A stretch of 24,000 nucleotides of DNA from Tsukamurella sp. 8F. Lineage in GTDB: Bacteria > Actinomycetota > Actinomycetes > Mycobacteriales > Mycobacteriaceae. Position 1 is the first letter of the stretch; every line of letters starts with the position of its first letter. Positions 1-7,780 of the stretch are shown here, piece by piece. Where the stretch lies: the NCBI RefSeq assembly GCF_029167375.1, contig NZ_JARFTP010000011.1, forward strand, positions 41,710 to 65,709, in the 5' to 3' direction. A program made the position numbers and the translations under genes. The notes below the pieces were generated by a model. The model made no database searches. It was not told the origin of the DNA and saw nothing but the letters and a program-made list of their open reading frames with translations.

Positions 1-1237
1 CCAGGTGGTGGTCGTGGAGGGCTATACCGATGTCATGGCGATGCACGCGTCAGGTGTCGAGACGGCGGTCGCGTCGTGCGGTACGGCCTTCGGTGACGAC
101 CATCTAGCTCTGGTGCGCCGACTCATGATGGACGACAGCTACTTCCGCGGCGAGATCATCTATACCTTCGACGGCGACGAGGCCGGTAAGGCCGCCGCCC
201 TGAAGGCGTTCGACGGTGAGCAGAAGGTCGCGGGGCAGACGTTCGTCGCCGTGGCCCCCGACGGCATGGATCCATGCGAGTTGCGACAGCAGCGCGGCGA
301 GGGCGCGGTACGGGACCTGATCGCCCGCCGGATCCCCATGTTCGAGTTCGCGGTCAAGGCACTGCTGGGCGAGTTCGACCTGGACACCGCCGAGGGGCGC
401 GTGCATGCCCTGCGTCGGACGGTGCCCGTGGTCGCCAGGATCAAGGATGTCGCGCTGAGGGACGAGTACGCCCGCCAGTTGGCCGGGTGGGTCGGCTGGG
501 AGGAGGTGCCGCAGGTACTGCGGCGCGTCCGTGAGGAGGCGGCCCGGAACAGGCGGTCGGGTGGCGCGCCGTCGGCGCGGGTCGACTCGCGTGGCCCGGG
601 GCGCGACGTCGGCGGGCGGCCGATCTCCCAGCGTCGCGACGACCGGGGCTCGGCGGGCGCCTGGGGGCCCACCGAGGTGCCCGGCGCGCCACCGTCGGGC
701 GTGGGTGGGCTCGCGTCGGCGGGGAATCAGGCACCGTCGGGCCCCCCGCGGCCGGACCCGCACGATCCGGCCTTGTGGGCGCAGCGCGAGGCGCTCAAGT
801 CCGCGTTGCAGGTCCCGGCCATGGCCGGGCCGGTGTTCGACGCGCTCACGACCGATTGCTTCACGCACCCGGCCTACGTCGCCGTCCGCATCGCTATCGA
901 GAACGCGGGCGGCACGGCCGCGGGTCTCGGCGGCGCGGAATGGGTGGACACCGTGGGGAGGCACGTCGATGGCGGTGTACTCGAGCGCCTCGTGTCGGAG
1001 CTCGCGGTCGAGGCACTCCCGGTGGGCGAGGATGCCATGCCCCGGTTCGTGCAGGGCACCCTCGCGCGTGTGCAGGCCGCTTGGGTGGGGGTCCAGATCG
1101 CGGACCTGAAATCCAAGCTGCGACGGATGTCGCCCAACTCGGACCAGGACTACAACCGGCTCTTCGGCGATCTGGTAGCCCTGGAGGCGTACTACCGCAG
1201 CCTCAACGAGCAGGCCAACGGGGAGGCGGAGTTCTAG
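1..1237 (+). CDS. dnaG: DNA primase DnaG, C-terminal ~410 aa (5' end lies outside the window)
   Basis: Frame is open from the window edge to the stop at 1235-1237. Toprim signature VVVEGYTDVMAMH ... YTFDGDEAG. A Gly/Pro/Arg-rich linker is followed by a helical C-terminal domain. tRNA-Asn follows, as in mycobacterial dnaG loci. Confidence 0.9.
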   Translation, partial: QVVVVEGYTDVMAMHASGVETAVASCGTAFGDDHLALVRRLMMDDSYFRGEIIYTFDGDEAGKAAALKAFDGEQKVAGQTFVAVAPDGMDPCELRQQRGEGAVRDLIARRIPMFEFAVKALLGEFDLDTAEGRVHALRRTVPVVARIKDVALRDEYARQLAGWVGWEEVPQVLRRVREEAARNRRSGGAPSARVDSRGPGRDVGGRPISQRRDDRGSAGAWGPTEVPGAPPSGVGGLASAGNQAPSGPPRPDPHDPALWAQREALKSALQVPAMAGPVFDALTTDCFTHPAYVAVRIAIENAGGTAAGLGGAEWVDTVGRHVDGGVLERLVSELAVEALPVGEDAMPRFVQGTLARVQAAWVGVQIADLKSKLRRMSPNSDQDYNRLFGDLVALEAYYRSLNEQANGEAEF

Positions 1238-1260
1238 GCGGAACAGGGTTGGAAACAGCG

Positions 1261-1284
1261 AAACCGCCTGTCGCCAGGCGGTTT
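1261..1284. terminator. Perfect 10-bp stem / 4-nt loop hairpin between dnaG (+) and tRNA-Asn (-)
   Basis: AAACCGCCTG-tcgc-CAGGCGGTTT. On the minus strand it lies 4 nt after the tRNA 3' end and is followed by TCGCTGTTTCC. On the plus strand it lies 24 nt after the dnaG stop. Confidence 0.6.
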
Positions 1285-1287
1285 CCG

Positions 1288-1363
1288 TGGCTCCCCCAGC
1301 TGGACTCGAACCAGCAACCCTTCGATTAACAGTCGAATGCTCTGCCAATTGAGCTATGGGGGA
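1288..1363 (-). tRNA. asnT: tRNA-Asn (anticodon GTT), CCA encoded
   Basis: Reverse complement folds as a cloverleaf: TCCCCCA TA GCTC AATTGGCA GAGC A TTCGA CTGTTAA TCGAA GGGTT GCTGG TTCGAGT CCAGC TGGGGGA G CCA (76 nt). Confidence 0.95.
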
Positions 1364-1486
1364 TCAACCGAGAGAAGACTCTAGCGTATCCCCTCTCGGG
1401 GAGACCAATCGGCTGGTCAGAGGTCATTTCAGGACCTGGCGGACCGGAGCCGAACGGGCCTCCCCGAGGGGATCTACGCGGCTACG

Positions 1487-3049
1487 CTACTGGTGGCAGT
1501 TCGGCTGAGTCGGTAGGCAGACCTTGCCGCCGCCCGAGCCGCTGACGTGGCCGCCGGCGCCGCCCGAACCGGCCTGAGCGCCGCCGTTCGCCTCGGCACC
1601 GCCACCGACCGCGCCACCGGAGGCCTTGGTGGTCGTGGTCACCGGGGCCTGAGTGGTCTCAGGCGCCTGGGTGGTCTTGGGGGCCTGCGTCGTCTCCGGG
1701 GCCTGGGGCGCGGTCGGACGCTCGCGAGTCGGTTGCGTCGCGGTCGCGCCGCCGCCTGCACCGCCACCGGCGGAGCCGCCCGGCACAGTCGCTTCGCCCG
1801 CGCCGCCTGCGCCGCCACCGACACCGCCGTGGCCGGCACCCGCCGACGCACCGGCGCCGGCCTCGGCGCCTGCACCCGGAGCCTTCGCGCCGCCGGATGC
1901 ACCGGCGCCGCCTCCCACACCGCCGCGACCGGCGGTGGCGCTCGCGGATAGGCCACTGCCGGCGTTGACGCCGGGCAGGCCTGCGACACCGGACGCGTTC
2001 GCGCCGCCGGCCATCTCGACTGCTGTCGGGTTGGCGCTGGTGCCCAGCTTGGCGCCCGAACCCAGCCCGGTCACGAAGATCGGCGTGGTGATATTCGCGT
2101 TGGTGTTCACGTTGCCGACCACCTGCTGGCCCGGCAGGGCGGTCGAGCCACCGTCACGAGCATGCGGGTTCATCGGCGGCAGGACCACGCCCGGGAAGAC
2201 CGGCGGGGTGTAGACGCCGGCCGAGGCCGACACCGTGAAGTAGGGCAGTAGCGGCGGGGCGACGTATGCCTGGCCCTTGACCTCGACTGCGGCGCCCGGG
2301 GTGACGCCCCAGATCGGGTAGTAGGGCACGCGGTCGCGGGGGTCGGGCTTGGCCTGTGGGTTGCCGTTTATGTTGATGGTGATGGAGACGTTGATGATGG
2401 GCTGGGGCTTGGGGCGGTGCCAGTCGGGCGGGTAGACCCACATGACGGGGGTGTCGGGGTGCCAGCCGCGGTCCCACCAGGGGCGTGGGTAGTTGGCGTG
2501 CTCCCAGGGGCGGTCGCGGTCGCCGGGGTACCAGGGCCTGACGCCGAGCTGGCGGCCGTAGACGGTCCAGCAGCTCTGTGCCTGGATCTCGACGGGCGCA
2601 TGGTAGGTGCGCCACGTGCCGGTGGTGCAGATCTGGCGGTAGACGCTCACGACGTCGTCGGTGTAGCCCCACGGGCGCTGGTTCCCGGGGCGCTGCATCG
2701 GCGCCGGGGGAGCCTGCCTCTGGGCCGCGGGGATCGCGAGACCCGGAACGCTCGGACCGGCCGGGTAGTAGACGGTCGTGTTGTTCGAGGTGGAGGTGAT
2801 CGTGCCCTGCTGGAGGCCGTTGTTGGCGACCGCCTGCGCGGCGACTGCGTCGCCGATCATCGTGACACCCGAAGGCGGCACCGGGACACCGCCGGTCTGC
2901 GGTGCGCTGACGTTGCCTGTGAAGTTGTCGCCGACCACAGGCGAGAAGGAGACAGGCTTCTCGTCGGTCGACGACTTGCCACAGCCGGCGACGGTTGCGG
3001 CGATGGCCACGGTCGCCAGCGCCGCGGCGCCGAACTTCTTGGTGTTCAT
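1487..3049 (-). CDS. Exported lipoprotein of unknown function (520 aa) with a Trp/Pro-motif core and a Gly/Ala-rich tail
   Basis: Signal peptide with lipobox MNTKKFGAAALATVAIAATVAG|C. Four RPW motifs and 11 Trp fall within aa 120-215. A Gly/Ala low-complexity region spans aa ~345-510. TTQAPx repeats are present. C-terminus is CLPTQPNCHQ. Confidence 0.8.
   Translation of the reverse strand: MNTKKFGAAALATVAIAATVAGCGKSSTDEKPVSFSPVVGDNFTGNVSAPQTGGVPVPPSGVTMIGDAVAAQAVANNGLQQGTITSTSNNTTVYYPAGPSVPGLAIPAAQRQAPPAPMQRPGNQRPWGYTDDVVSVYRQICTTGTWRTYHAPVEIQAQSCWTVYGRQLGVRPWYPGDRDRPWEHANYPRPWWDRGWHPDTPVMWVYPPDWHRPKPQPIINVSITININGNPQAKPDPRDRVPYYPIWGVTPGAAVEVKGQAYVAPPLLPYFTVSASAGVYTPPVFPGVVLPPMNPHARDGGSTALPGQQVVGNVNTNANITTPIFVTGLGSGAKLGTSANPTAVEMAGGANASGVAGLPGVNAGSGLSASATAGRGGVGGGAGASGGAKAPGAGAEAGAGASAGAGHGGVGGGAGGAGEATVPGGSAGGGAGGGATATQPTRERPTAPQAPETTQAPKTTQAPETTQAPVTTTTKASGGAVGGGAEANGGAQAGSGGAGGHVSGSGGGKVCLPTQPNCHQ
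1640..1711 (-). repeat. Four tandem 18-nt coding repeats (x-P-A-Q-T-T read on the + strand; protein TTQAPE/TTQAPK/TTQAPV)
   Basis: Units at 1640-1657, 1658-1675, 1676-1693 and 1694-1711 (the last is degenerate). They encode APETTQAPKTTQAPETTQAPV within the lipoprotein. Confidence 0.8.
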
Positions 3050-3182
3050 GGACGTTCCTAATCTTCCAAGGGGACGTGGTTCGGAGGTGTTATCGCGGAC
3101 CCCCGGAATTCGTTACAAGTCCACGGGATCGTCGAAAACCACGCTCGTAGTGGCACGGTGCGGTCCGGGTAGGATCGGCGCC

Positions 3183-3425
3183 ATGATTCGTCTCGTTCTG
3201 GCCGCAGGCGCCGGTTACGTCCTGGGAACCAAGGCCGGACGCCGTCGCTACGAGCAGATCAACCGCACTGCGCGCGCGATCGCGACCAGCCCGGCCACGA
3301 AGAAGGCCATCGAGGTCAGCCGACGTAAGCTCTCCGAGTCGCTCAGCCCCGATGACAAGATGCGGACCCTCCGCGAGATCGACGCGGACACCACGGTGTA
3401 CTCACCCCGCACCGACCTGGATTGA
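3183..3425 (+). CDS. Small conserved-looking membrane/basic protein (80 aa)
   Basis: ATG at 3183. N-terminal hydrophobic MIRLVLAAGAGYVLG is followed by KAGRRRYEQI. Third codon positions are strongly G/C. It occupies the position of a small hypothetical gene next to dnaG/asnT in mycobacteria. Confidence 0.6.
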   Translation: MIRLVLAAGAGYVLGTKAGRRRYEQINRTARAIATSPATKKAIEVSRRKLSESLSPDDKMRTLREIDADTTVYSPRTDLD

Positions 3426-3494
3426 GTTCCGCGCAACCCGACCGCCGTATCCACGCGGCATACGTTCGCCTGTTTCGACTGGCGGTCTGCGAGT

Positions 3495-4001
3495 ATGGCG
3501 CACATGGCCGAGGACTCGCGGATCCATCCGCCACAGGACGCAGGTGAGCGTGCGTCACTGCTCGCATTCCTCGACTACCAGCGCGCGACACTCGCCATGA
3601 AGTGCGGAGGGCTCGCCGAGGATCAGCTGAAGCAGCGTGCCGTGCCGACCTCCGGGTTGACACTCCTGGGGCTGGTTCGTCACATGGCCGCCGTGGAGTC
3701 GAGTTGGTTCGTCGTCGCCCTCGACGGTGCGGATGCCCGCGCCGTGTGGGAGGGGGACGTAGATGAGGACTTCCGGGTGGAGTCTGCTGACGTGGTCGAG
3801 GCGTTCGGTCGGTGGGGCGCCGCATGCGACGCCTCCCGCGACGTTCTCACGCGCCTTCCCGAACTCGACCACACCGTCGAGTACGGCGGCGAGCGCTACT
3901 CCGTGCGGTATGTCCTCCTGCACATGATCGAGGAGTACGCGCGGCACAACGGTCACGCCGACCTGCTCCGCGAAGCCGTCGATGGCAGGGTCGGAGAGTA
4001 G
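3495..4001 (+). CDS. DinB/DUF664 family protein (mycothiol-transferase-like four-helix bundle)
   Basis: ERASLLAFLDYQRATLAMKCGGLAEDQL ... LLGLVRHMAAVESSWF ... HMIEEYARHNGHADLLRE. This is the typical DUF664 His-triad spacing. Confidence 0.75.
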   Translation: MAHMAEDSRIHPPQDAGERASLLAFLDYQRATLAMKCGGLAEDQLKQRAVPTSGLTLLGLVRHMAAVESSWFVVALDGADARAVWEGDVDEDFRVESADVVEAFGRWGAACDASRDVLTRLPELDHTVEYGGERYSVRYVLLHMIEEYARHNGHADLLREAVDGRVGE

Positions 4002-4025
4002 GGGCGTCTGCCACGGCGGATCCCG

Positions 4026-4628
4026 TTGCGACACAATGGTCGAGTGACCACCTGTGACGTGCCGGGCGCCCCCGCGGTGCACGCGGCCCTGCTGCGGCGA
4101 TTCAGTCCCACCGCTTTCGAACCGGGACACGAGCTGACGGACGCCCAGGTGGACGTGTTGCTGGACGCCGCGCGGTTCGCGCCGTCGGCGGGCAATTCGC
4201 AGCCTTGGATGTTCGTGGTCGGCAGGCGCGGGGACGCCGTTCATCGCCGGATCGTTCGCCATCTTGCGGGTAGCTCCGCCGGGTGGGCCGCGGATGCGTC
4301 GCTGATCGTGGTGAACATAGCGCGACTGCGGGTGGAGGGCACCGACTGGGAGTACTCGGAGTTCTCCCACTACGACCTCGGCCAGGCGGTGGCGCATATG
4401 ACGGTCCAGGGGTTGTGGATGGGGTTGGGCGCGCACCAGTTCCGCGCTTTCGACCGGGACGCGATCACGCGGGAGTTCGAGGTGCCGCGCGAGTGGGAGG
4501 TGACGTCCATGACGGCGTTCGGCGTCGCCGCGCGTGCAGGTCGTCCTGCGGTTCCCGGCACGGCCCGCGAGCGCCTGTCTCGCGACGCGGTGACATGGCG
4601 CAGGGCACAGCCGTCGATGGACGCCTAG
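4026..4628 (+). CDS. Nitroreductase-family FMN oxidoreductase
   Basis: RRFSPTAFEPGHELTDAQVDVLLDAARFAPSAGNSQPWMFVV motif. The start is uncertain: TTG 4026, GTG 4044 or GTG 4059. Confidence 0.75.
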   Translation: MRHNGRVTTCDVPGAPAVHAALLRRFSPTAFEPGHELTDAQVDVLLDAARFAPSAGNSQPWMFVVGRRGDAVHRRIVRHLAGSSAGWAADASLIVVNIARLRVEGTDWEYSEFSHYDLGQAVAHMTVQGLWMGLGAHQFRAFDRDAITREFEVPREWEVTSMTAFGVAARAGRPAVPGTARERLSRDAVTWRRAQPSMDA

Positions 4629-5053
4629 CTCTCCGCCAGGCGCCGAAGCAGATCGCGGAGCAAGGCACCGTCGGCCGCGGAGAGCCTGTCGCCCAGGTAT
4701 TCGTCCTCGGCCGCCCGGATCCGGCGTTTGGTGTCGCGGTGCAGGACTCTGCCCTCGTCGGTGAGTCCGACGGTGCGCTGCCGCCCGTCCTGCGCGCGTG
4801 TGCGCGTGACGAGCCCGCGGGCGCCGAGGTCGTCGAGGTGACGACCCAGGCGGGTGGGATCTCGGTGTGAGCGGCGTGAGAGCTCGACCTGCGAGACGGC
4901 GTCGTCCTGGTCGAGCACCGTCATGATCGCGTACTCCCACATCGACAGACCGGCGTCCGCGAGGATCGGCTCCTCCATCCCGATCAGACTCGGGAACACG
5001 TCGGCGAGCAGTGCGGCGAGGTCCCTTTCGCCGGCCGGACCGTCGTCGGACAT
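4625..5053 (-). CDS. MarR-family transcriptional regulator
   Basis: Winged-HTH region SQVELSRRSHRDPTRLGRHLDDLGARGLVTRTRAQDGRQRTVGLTDEG. ATG at 5053 is preceded by AGGAGG with an 8-nt spacer. Its stop overlaps the nitroreductase stop in the sequence CTAG. Confidence 0.85.
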   Translation of the reverse strand: MSDDGPAGERDLAALLADVFPSLIGMEEPILADAGLSMWEYAIMTVLDQDDAVSQVELSRRSHRDPTRLGRHLDDLGARGLVTRTRAQDGRQRTVGLTDEGRVLHRDTKRRIRAAEDEYLGDRLSAADGALLRDLLRRLAES

Positions 5054-5066
5054 GGACAACCCCTCC

Positions 5067-5106
5067 TAGATCATCTACCGTGGTAGACGATTACACCGAA
5101 TCGTCT
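5067..5106. promoter_or_regulatory. Three abutting or overlapping inverted repeats in the MarR divergent intergenic region (candidate MarR operator)
   Basis: TAGAT-c-ATCTA (5067-5077). TCTACC-gt-GGTAGA (5074-5087). AGACGAT-n8-ATCGTCT (5085-5106). Confidence 0.5.
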
Positions 5107-5123
5107 CCCCGGAGGTCGCGAAC

Positions 5124-5654
5124 ATGGACGCATCCACTCTGCACCTACTTGCCGAGGACCTCGCCGCCTACCTCTCCGAGGCCACTCCGGGCGACCTGGG
5201 TCGCCCGGTCGCCGGTACCGGCGGCACCCTGGCCGAGCTGTACCTCACCGCGGTCGATGGTGTGCTCGAAGCGGTTGTGGGAGAAGAAGAGTCGACAGAA
5301 GATGAGCGTGCTAGAGCTCTCCGGGCGGCACGCGGCGCACCGTTCGCCTCGTGCGCCTGGCTCGGGCTCGACGGCGCGTATCGCGACGCGGTGCGCCGGG
5401 TCGTCCGCATCTTCGACGCCGCCGGGCCGGACGCGGAGGCACGCTACGAGCGGCTGCTGCGCGACACGGTCGTGCACACCTGGGACGTCGCGCACACGCT
5501 CGGATTCGAGTACCGCCCCGACCGCGCCGTCGCCGAGCGGGTCCTTCGAGGCATCGTCCACGACGACGATGGCAGCGCGTCGGGCGAGAGCCTCTTCCAG
5601 TGTGTCCTGGTCCTGTCGGGGCGCGCCCGTTCGGACCGGTCGCCTGTGGCGTGA
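5124..5654 (+). CDS. DinB-fold / maleylpyruvate-isomerase-N-terminal-like (TIGR03086-like) protein
   Basis: GGAGG lies 9 nt upstream of the ATG. The DTVVHTWDVAHTLG motif resembles the H.WDLA..TG motif of that family. It is divergent from marR. The family assignment is tentative. Confidence 0.45.
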   Translation: MDASTLHLLAEDLAAYLSEATPGDLGRPVAGTGGTLAELYLTAVDGVLEAVVGEEESTEDERARALRAARGAPFASCAWLGLDGAYRDAVRRVVRIFDAAGPDAEARYERLLRDTVVHTWDVAHTLGFEYRPDRAVAERVLRGIVHDDDGSASGESLFQCVLVLSGRARSDRSPVA

Positions 5655-5730
5655 GCGCCCTTGCCCGGCAACAGCTCACAGGCCTGCCGAGGCAGAACTC
5701 CGCTCGGGCCCGACCTGGCACCCTGGACAT

Positions 5731-6258
5731 ATGTCGGAGAATCCGGACCCTGGACCGATCGCGACCCCGCGGAGTCGTTCGGCTCTGCGGCAACGGAATA
5801 CGATCGGACACGCCCCACCTACCCGGTGCGATTGCTCGACGGCTCTCGAGCCGCGGGGCGCGATCCGGAAGGTGCACGGGCTCCTCGCTCCGCGTGGTCG
5901 GCTGGCACTGGTGTGGAACCGGATCGTGCCTACGGCACCGTCGCAGACGGCCCTCGACGATGCGGCCAACGCCCACTCCGACCGCCCGCGGAGGGCGCCC
6001 ACTCCGGGAAGGGCGTCAGCCGCGCGTGAGGTGTTCGATCTGCTCCGACGCGAGGGTTTCGCGTACGAGGTGCGAGAGGAGGTCGTGCCGCTCCGCTACA
6101 CCGCGGCCGAGTGGGTGGACATGGCGTCGACCTACTCAGTGCACCTGACGCTCCCGCCCGAATCGCGTGTGGCGGTCCGGGATAGGCTCGCGGCATTCAT
6201 AGGTGACACGGGGGTCGAGGCGGAGAATCGCGCATTCGCGGTGATCGCGCGCCTGTAG
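5731..6258 (+). pseudogene. Remnant of a class I SAM-dependent methyltransferase, internally deleted and frameshifted
   Basis: The N-terminal motif DPAESFGSAATEYDRTRPTYPVRLLD is read in a different frame (5763-5840). The C-terminal motif KVHGLLAPRGRLALVWN onward is in the 5731 frame. Only ~15 codons separate them, where ~85-100 aa including the GxGxG SAM loop are expected. Confidence 0.5.
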
Positions 6259-6268
6259 TGTCCGAGCA

Positions 6269-7063
6269 ATGGACGCCTCGCCCGACCTCAGCGGCCCGCT
6301 CGATATCAGCACCGACGGCGCCGTCCAGACGTGGACACTGAACCTGCCCGAGGTGGGGAACGCGATCACCGGTCTCGACGTGATCGAGGCGTTCGAACGC
6401 GCGGTCGAGGCCGCCAATGCGGACCCGATGATCTGCGCGGTGATCCTCACGGGTGTAGGAAAGATCTTCTCCTCGGGCGGGAACGTGCGCGAGATGGCGG
6501 ACCGTGCAGGGATGTTCGGCCTCGAAGGTGTAGACCAGCGGCACGCGTACTCCGCTGGGATCCAGCGGATTCCGCGTGCCATGCTGCGGCTCGAGGTGCC
6601 GGCGATCGCCGCGGTGAACGGGGCCGCGATCGGAGCGGGGTGCGACCTGGCAATGATGTGCGACATGCGGGTGGCGTCCGAGAAGGCCTACTTCGCAGAG
6701 AGTTTCGTGCAGATCGGCCTCATTCCCGGTGATGGTGGCACCTGGTTCCTACCACGCGCCGTCGGGTACGAGCGGGCGGCCGAGATGACTTTCACGGGTG
6801 ACCGCGTCGACGCACGGACCGCGCATGAATGGGGGATGGTCGGCCGCGTGGTTCCACACGAGGATCTGCTCGCCGAGGCGCACGGCCTCGCAGACCGGAT
6901 CGCGAAGAACCCGGGGCACACGTTGCGCATGGCCAAGCGACTGCTCGCGGAGTCCCGTCTCGCGCCGCTGGACTCGGTCCTCGCTCTCGCGGCGTCGATG
7001 CAGCCGCTCGCGCATCAGGCGCCCGAACACCACGAGAGGATCGCGCGCTGGCGTACGACCTGA
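6269..7063 (+). CDS. Enoyl-CoA hydratase/isomerase (crotonase) family protein
   Basis: GKIFSSGGNVREM, AAVNGAAIGAGCDLAMMCDMRVAS and FAESFVQIGLIPGDGGTWFLPRAVG are the crotonase oxyanion-hole and catalytic Glu blocks. Confidence 0.85.
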   Translation: MDASPDLSGPLDISTDGAVQTWTLNLPEVGNAITGLDVIEAFERAVEAANADPMICAVILTGVGKIFSSGGNVREMADRAGMFGLEGVDQRHAYSAGIQRIPRAMLRLEVPAIAAVNGAAIGAGCDLAMMCDMRVASEKAYFAESFVQIGLIPGDGGTWFLPRAVGYERAAEMTFTGDRVDARTAHEWGMVGRVVPHEDLLAEAHGLADRIAKNPGHTLRMAKRLLAESRLAPLDSVLALAASMQPLAHQAPEHHERIARWRTT

Positions 7064-7108
7064 CCGACCGCAGCGGATCCGTTGTCGGATTGTGACTCGC
7101 ATCGCGAA

Positions 7109-7146
7109 TTGCAAATATTGAATCTTTGCTATCTGCAAATTACGCT
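7109..7146 (+). promoter_or_regulatory. AT-rich candidate promoter (TTGAAT-N17-TACGCT) with two TGCAAAT direct repeats
   Basis: TTGAAT at 7118-7123 and TACGCT at 7141-7146. The ATG at 7154 lies 8 nt after the -10 and has no SD sequence, which fits a leaderless mRNA. TGCAAAT occurs at 7110-7116 and 7134-7140. Confidence 0.4.
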
Positions 7147-7153
7147 TGCGTCC

Positions 7154-7780
7154 ATGCACCTAGCAGCAGCCTGCCGCTACCCGGCAAACCCCGCCATGCT
7201 CGCCTCGCTCGTCGCTGCGGTCACCGTCGCAGCGACCGCGAGCGCAACGATCGCCGGGCCCACTGTGTTGCCGCAGGCTGCCGCCGCACCGTGCGCGCCG
7301 GCGCCGACCGTGGAGACCGCCAACAGGCTGAATCCCGCCGAACCCGAGGTCAAGCTCCCTGTGCCCAAGGGCTGGCACCGCGTCCGCAACCTCGACTCGA
7401 AGGATGTGCGGCTCGCCGTCGCGAAGCCCGCTCAGCGCGGCACGTTTGCGCCGAACGCCGTCGTGACCGTCGGGCGCGCGGGCAAGTCGAACGCCCTTCG
7501 CACGGTGATCTCCGACGAGGTGGCGGCGGTCCGCCCGATCGCGACGGCCGAGCCTTCCATCAGTCGCGGCACCACGTGCGGCTTTCCCAGCGCGGTGGTC
7601 TCCTACACCGCGGCGGCGCGCGGTAGCGACCCCGCGCGTCCCGCGAAGGCTCTGGTCGTGGCGGTGCCGCGCGGCGCGGATGCTTACGCCGTCGTAGTGA
7701 CGCTGCAGACCACCGACGCAAGCGATCCCTCGTTCCAGCGGGCCACTGCGACGGTCATACGCGGCATCCAGATCGACTAA
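7154..7780 (+). CDS. LpqN/LpqT-family exported protein
   Basis: Signal-like N-terminus MLASLVAAVTVAATASA. The LPVPKGWHRV motif is typical of the Lpp-LpqN family. No clear lipobox. The alternative start at 7196 cannot be excluded. Confidence 0.65.
   Translation: MHLAAACRYPANPAMLASLVAAVTVAATASATIAGPTVLPQAAAAPCAPAPTVETANRLNPAEPEVKLPVPKGWHRVRNLDSKDVRLAVAKPAQRGTFAPNAVVTVGRAGKSNALRTVISDEVAAVRPIATAEPSISRGTTCGFPSAVVSYTAAARGSDPARPAKALVVAVPRGADAYAVVVTLQTTDASDPSFQRATATVIRGIQID

Noticed and set aside
104-1348. 414-aa ORF antisense to dnaG that runs through the tRNA-Asn gene
   Set aside because: It is an Arg/Pro/Gly-rich shadow frame typical of high-GC DNA. It overlaps a well-supported dnaG frame and a tRNA.
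1520-2017. Highly repetitive GC-rich DNA that could be mistaken for a CRISPR-like or other non-coding repeat array
   Set aside because: It is the in-frame Gly/Ala/Ser low-complexity tail of the lipoprotein. It has no regular repeat-spacer periodicity and there are no cas genes.
1487-3049. PE_PGRS-family assignment for the Gly/Ala-rich protein
   Set aside because: There is no PE domain. The N-terminus is a Sec/lipoprotein signal with a lipobox, so the resemblance is compositional only.
3555-4940. 461-aa minus-strand ORF spanning the DinB, nitroreductase and MarR regions
   Set aside because: Its composition (Arg/Pro/His runs) is non-protein-like. It is antisense to two motif-supported plus-strand genes and out of frame with marR.
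5011-6258. 415-aa plus-strand ORF reported as a single frame
   Set aside because: It is a composite. Its first ~240 codons are an alternative frame overlapping marR and the 5124-5654 gene, and they read as Arg/Ser/Pro-rich junk. Only the part from 5731 resembles a real (methyltransferase C-terminal) sequence.
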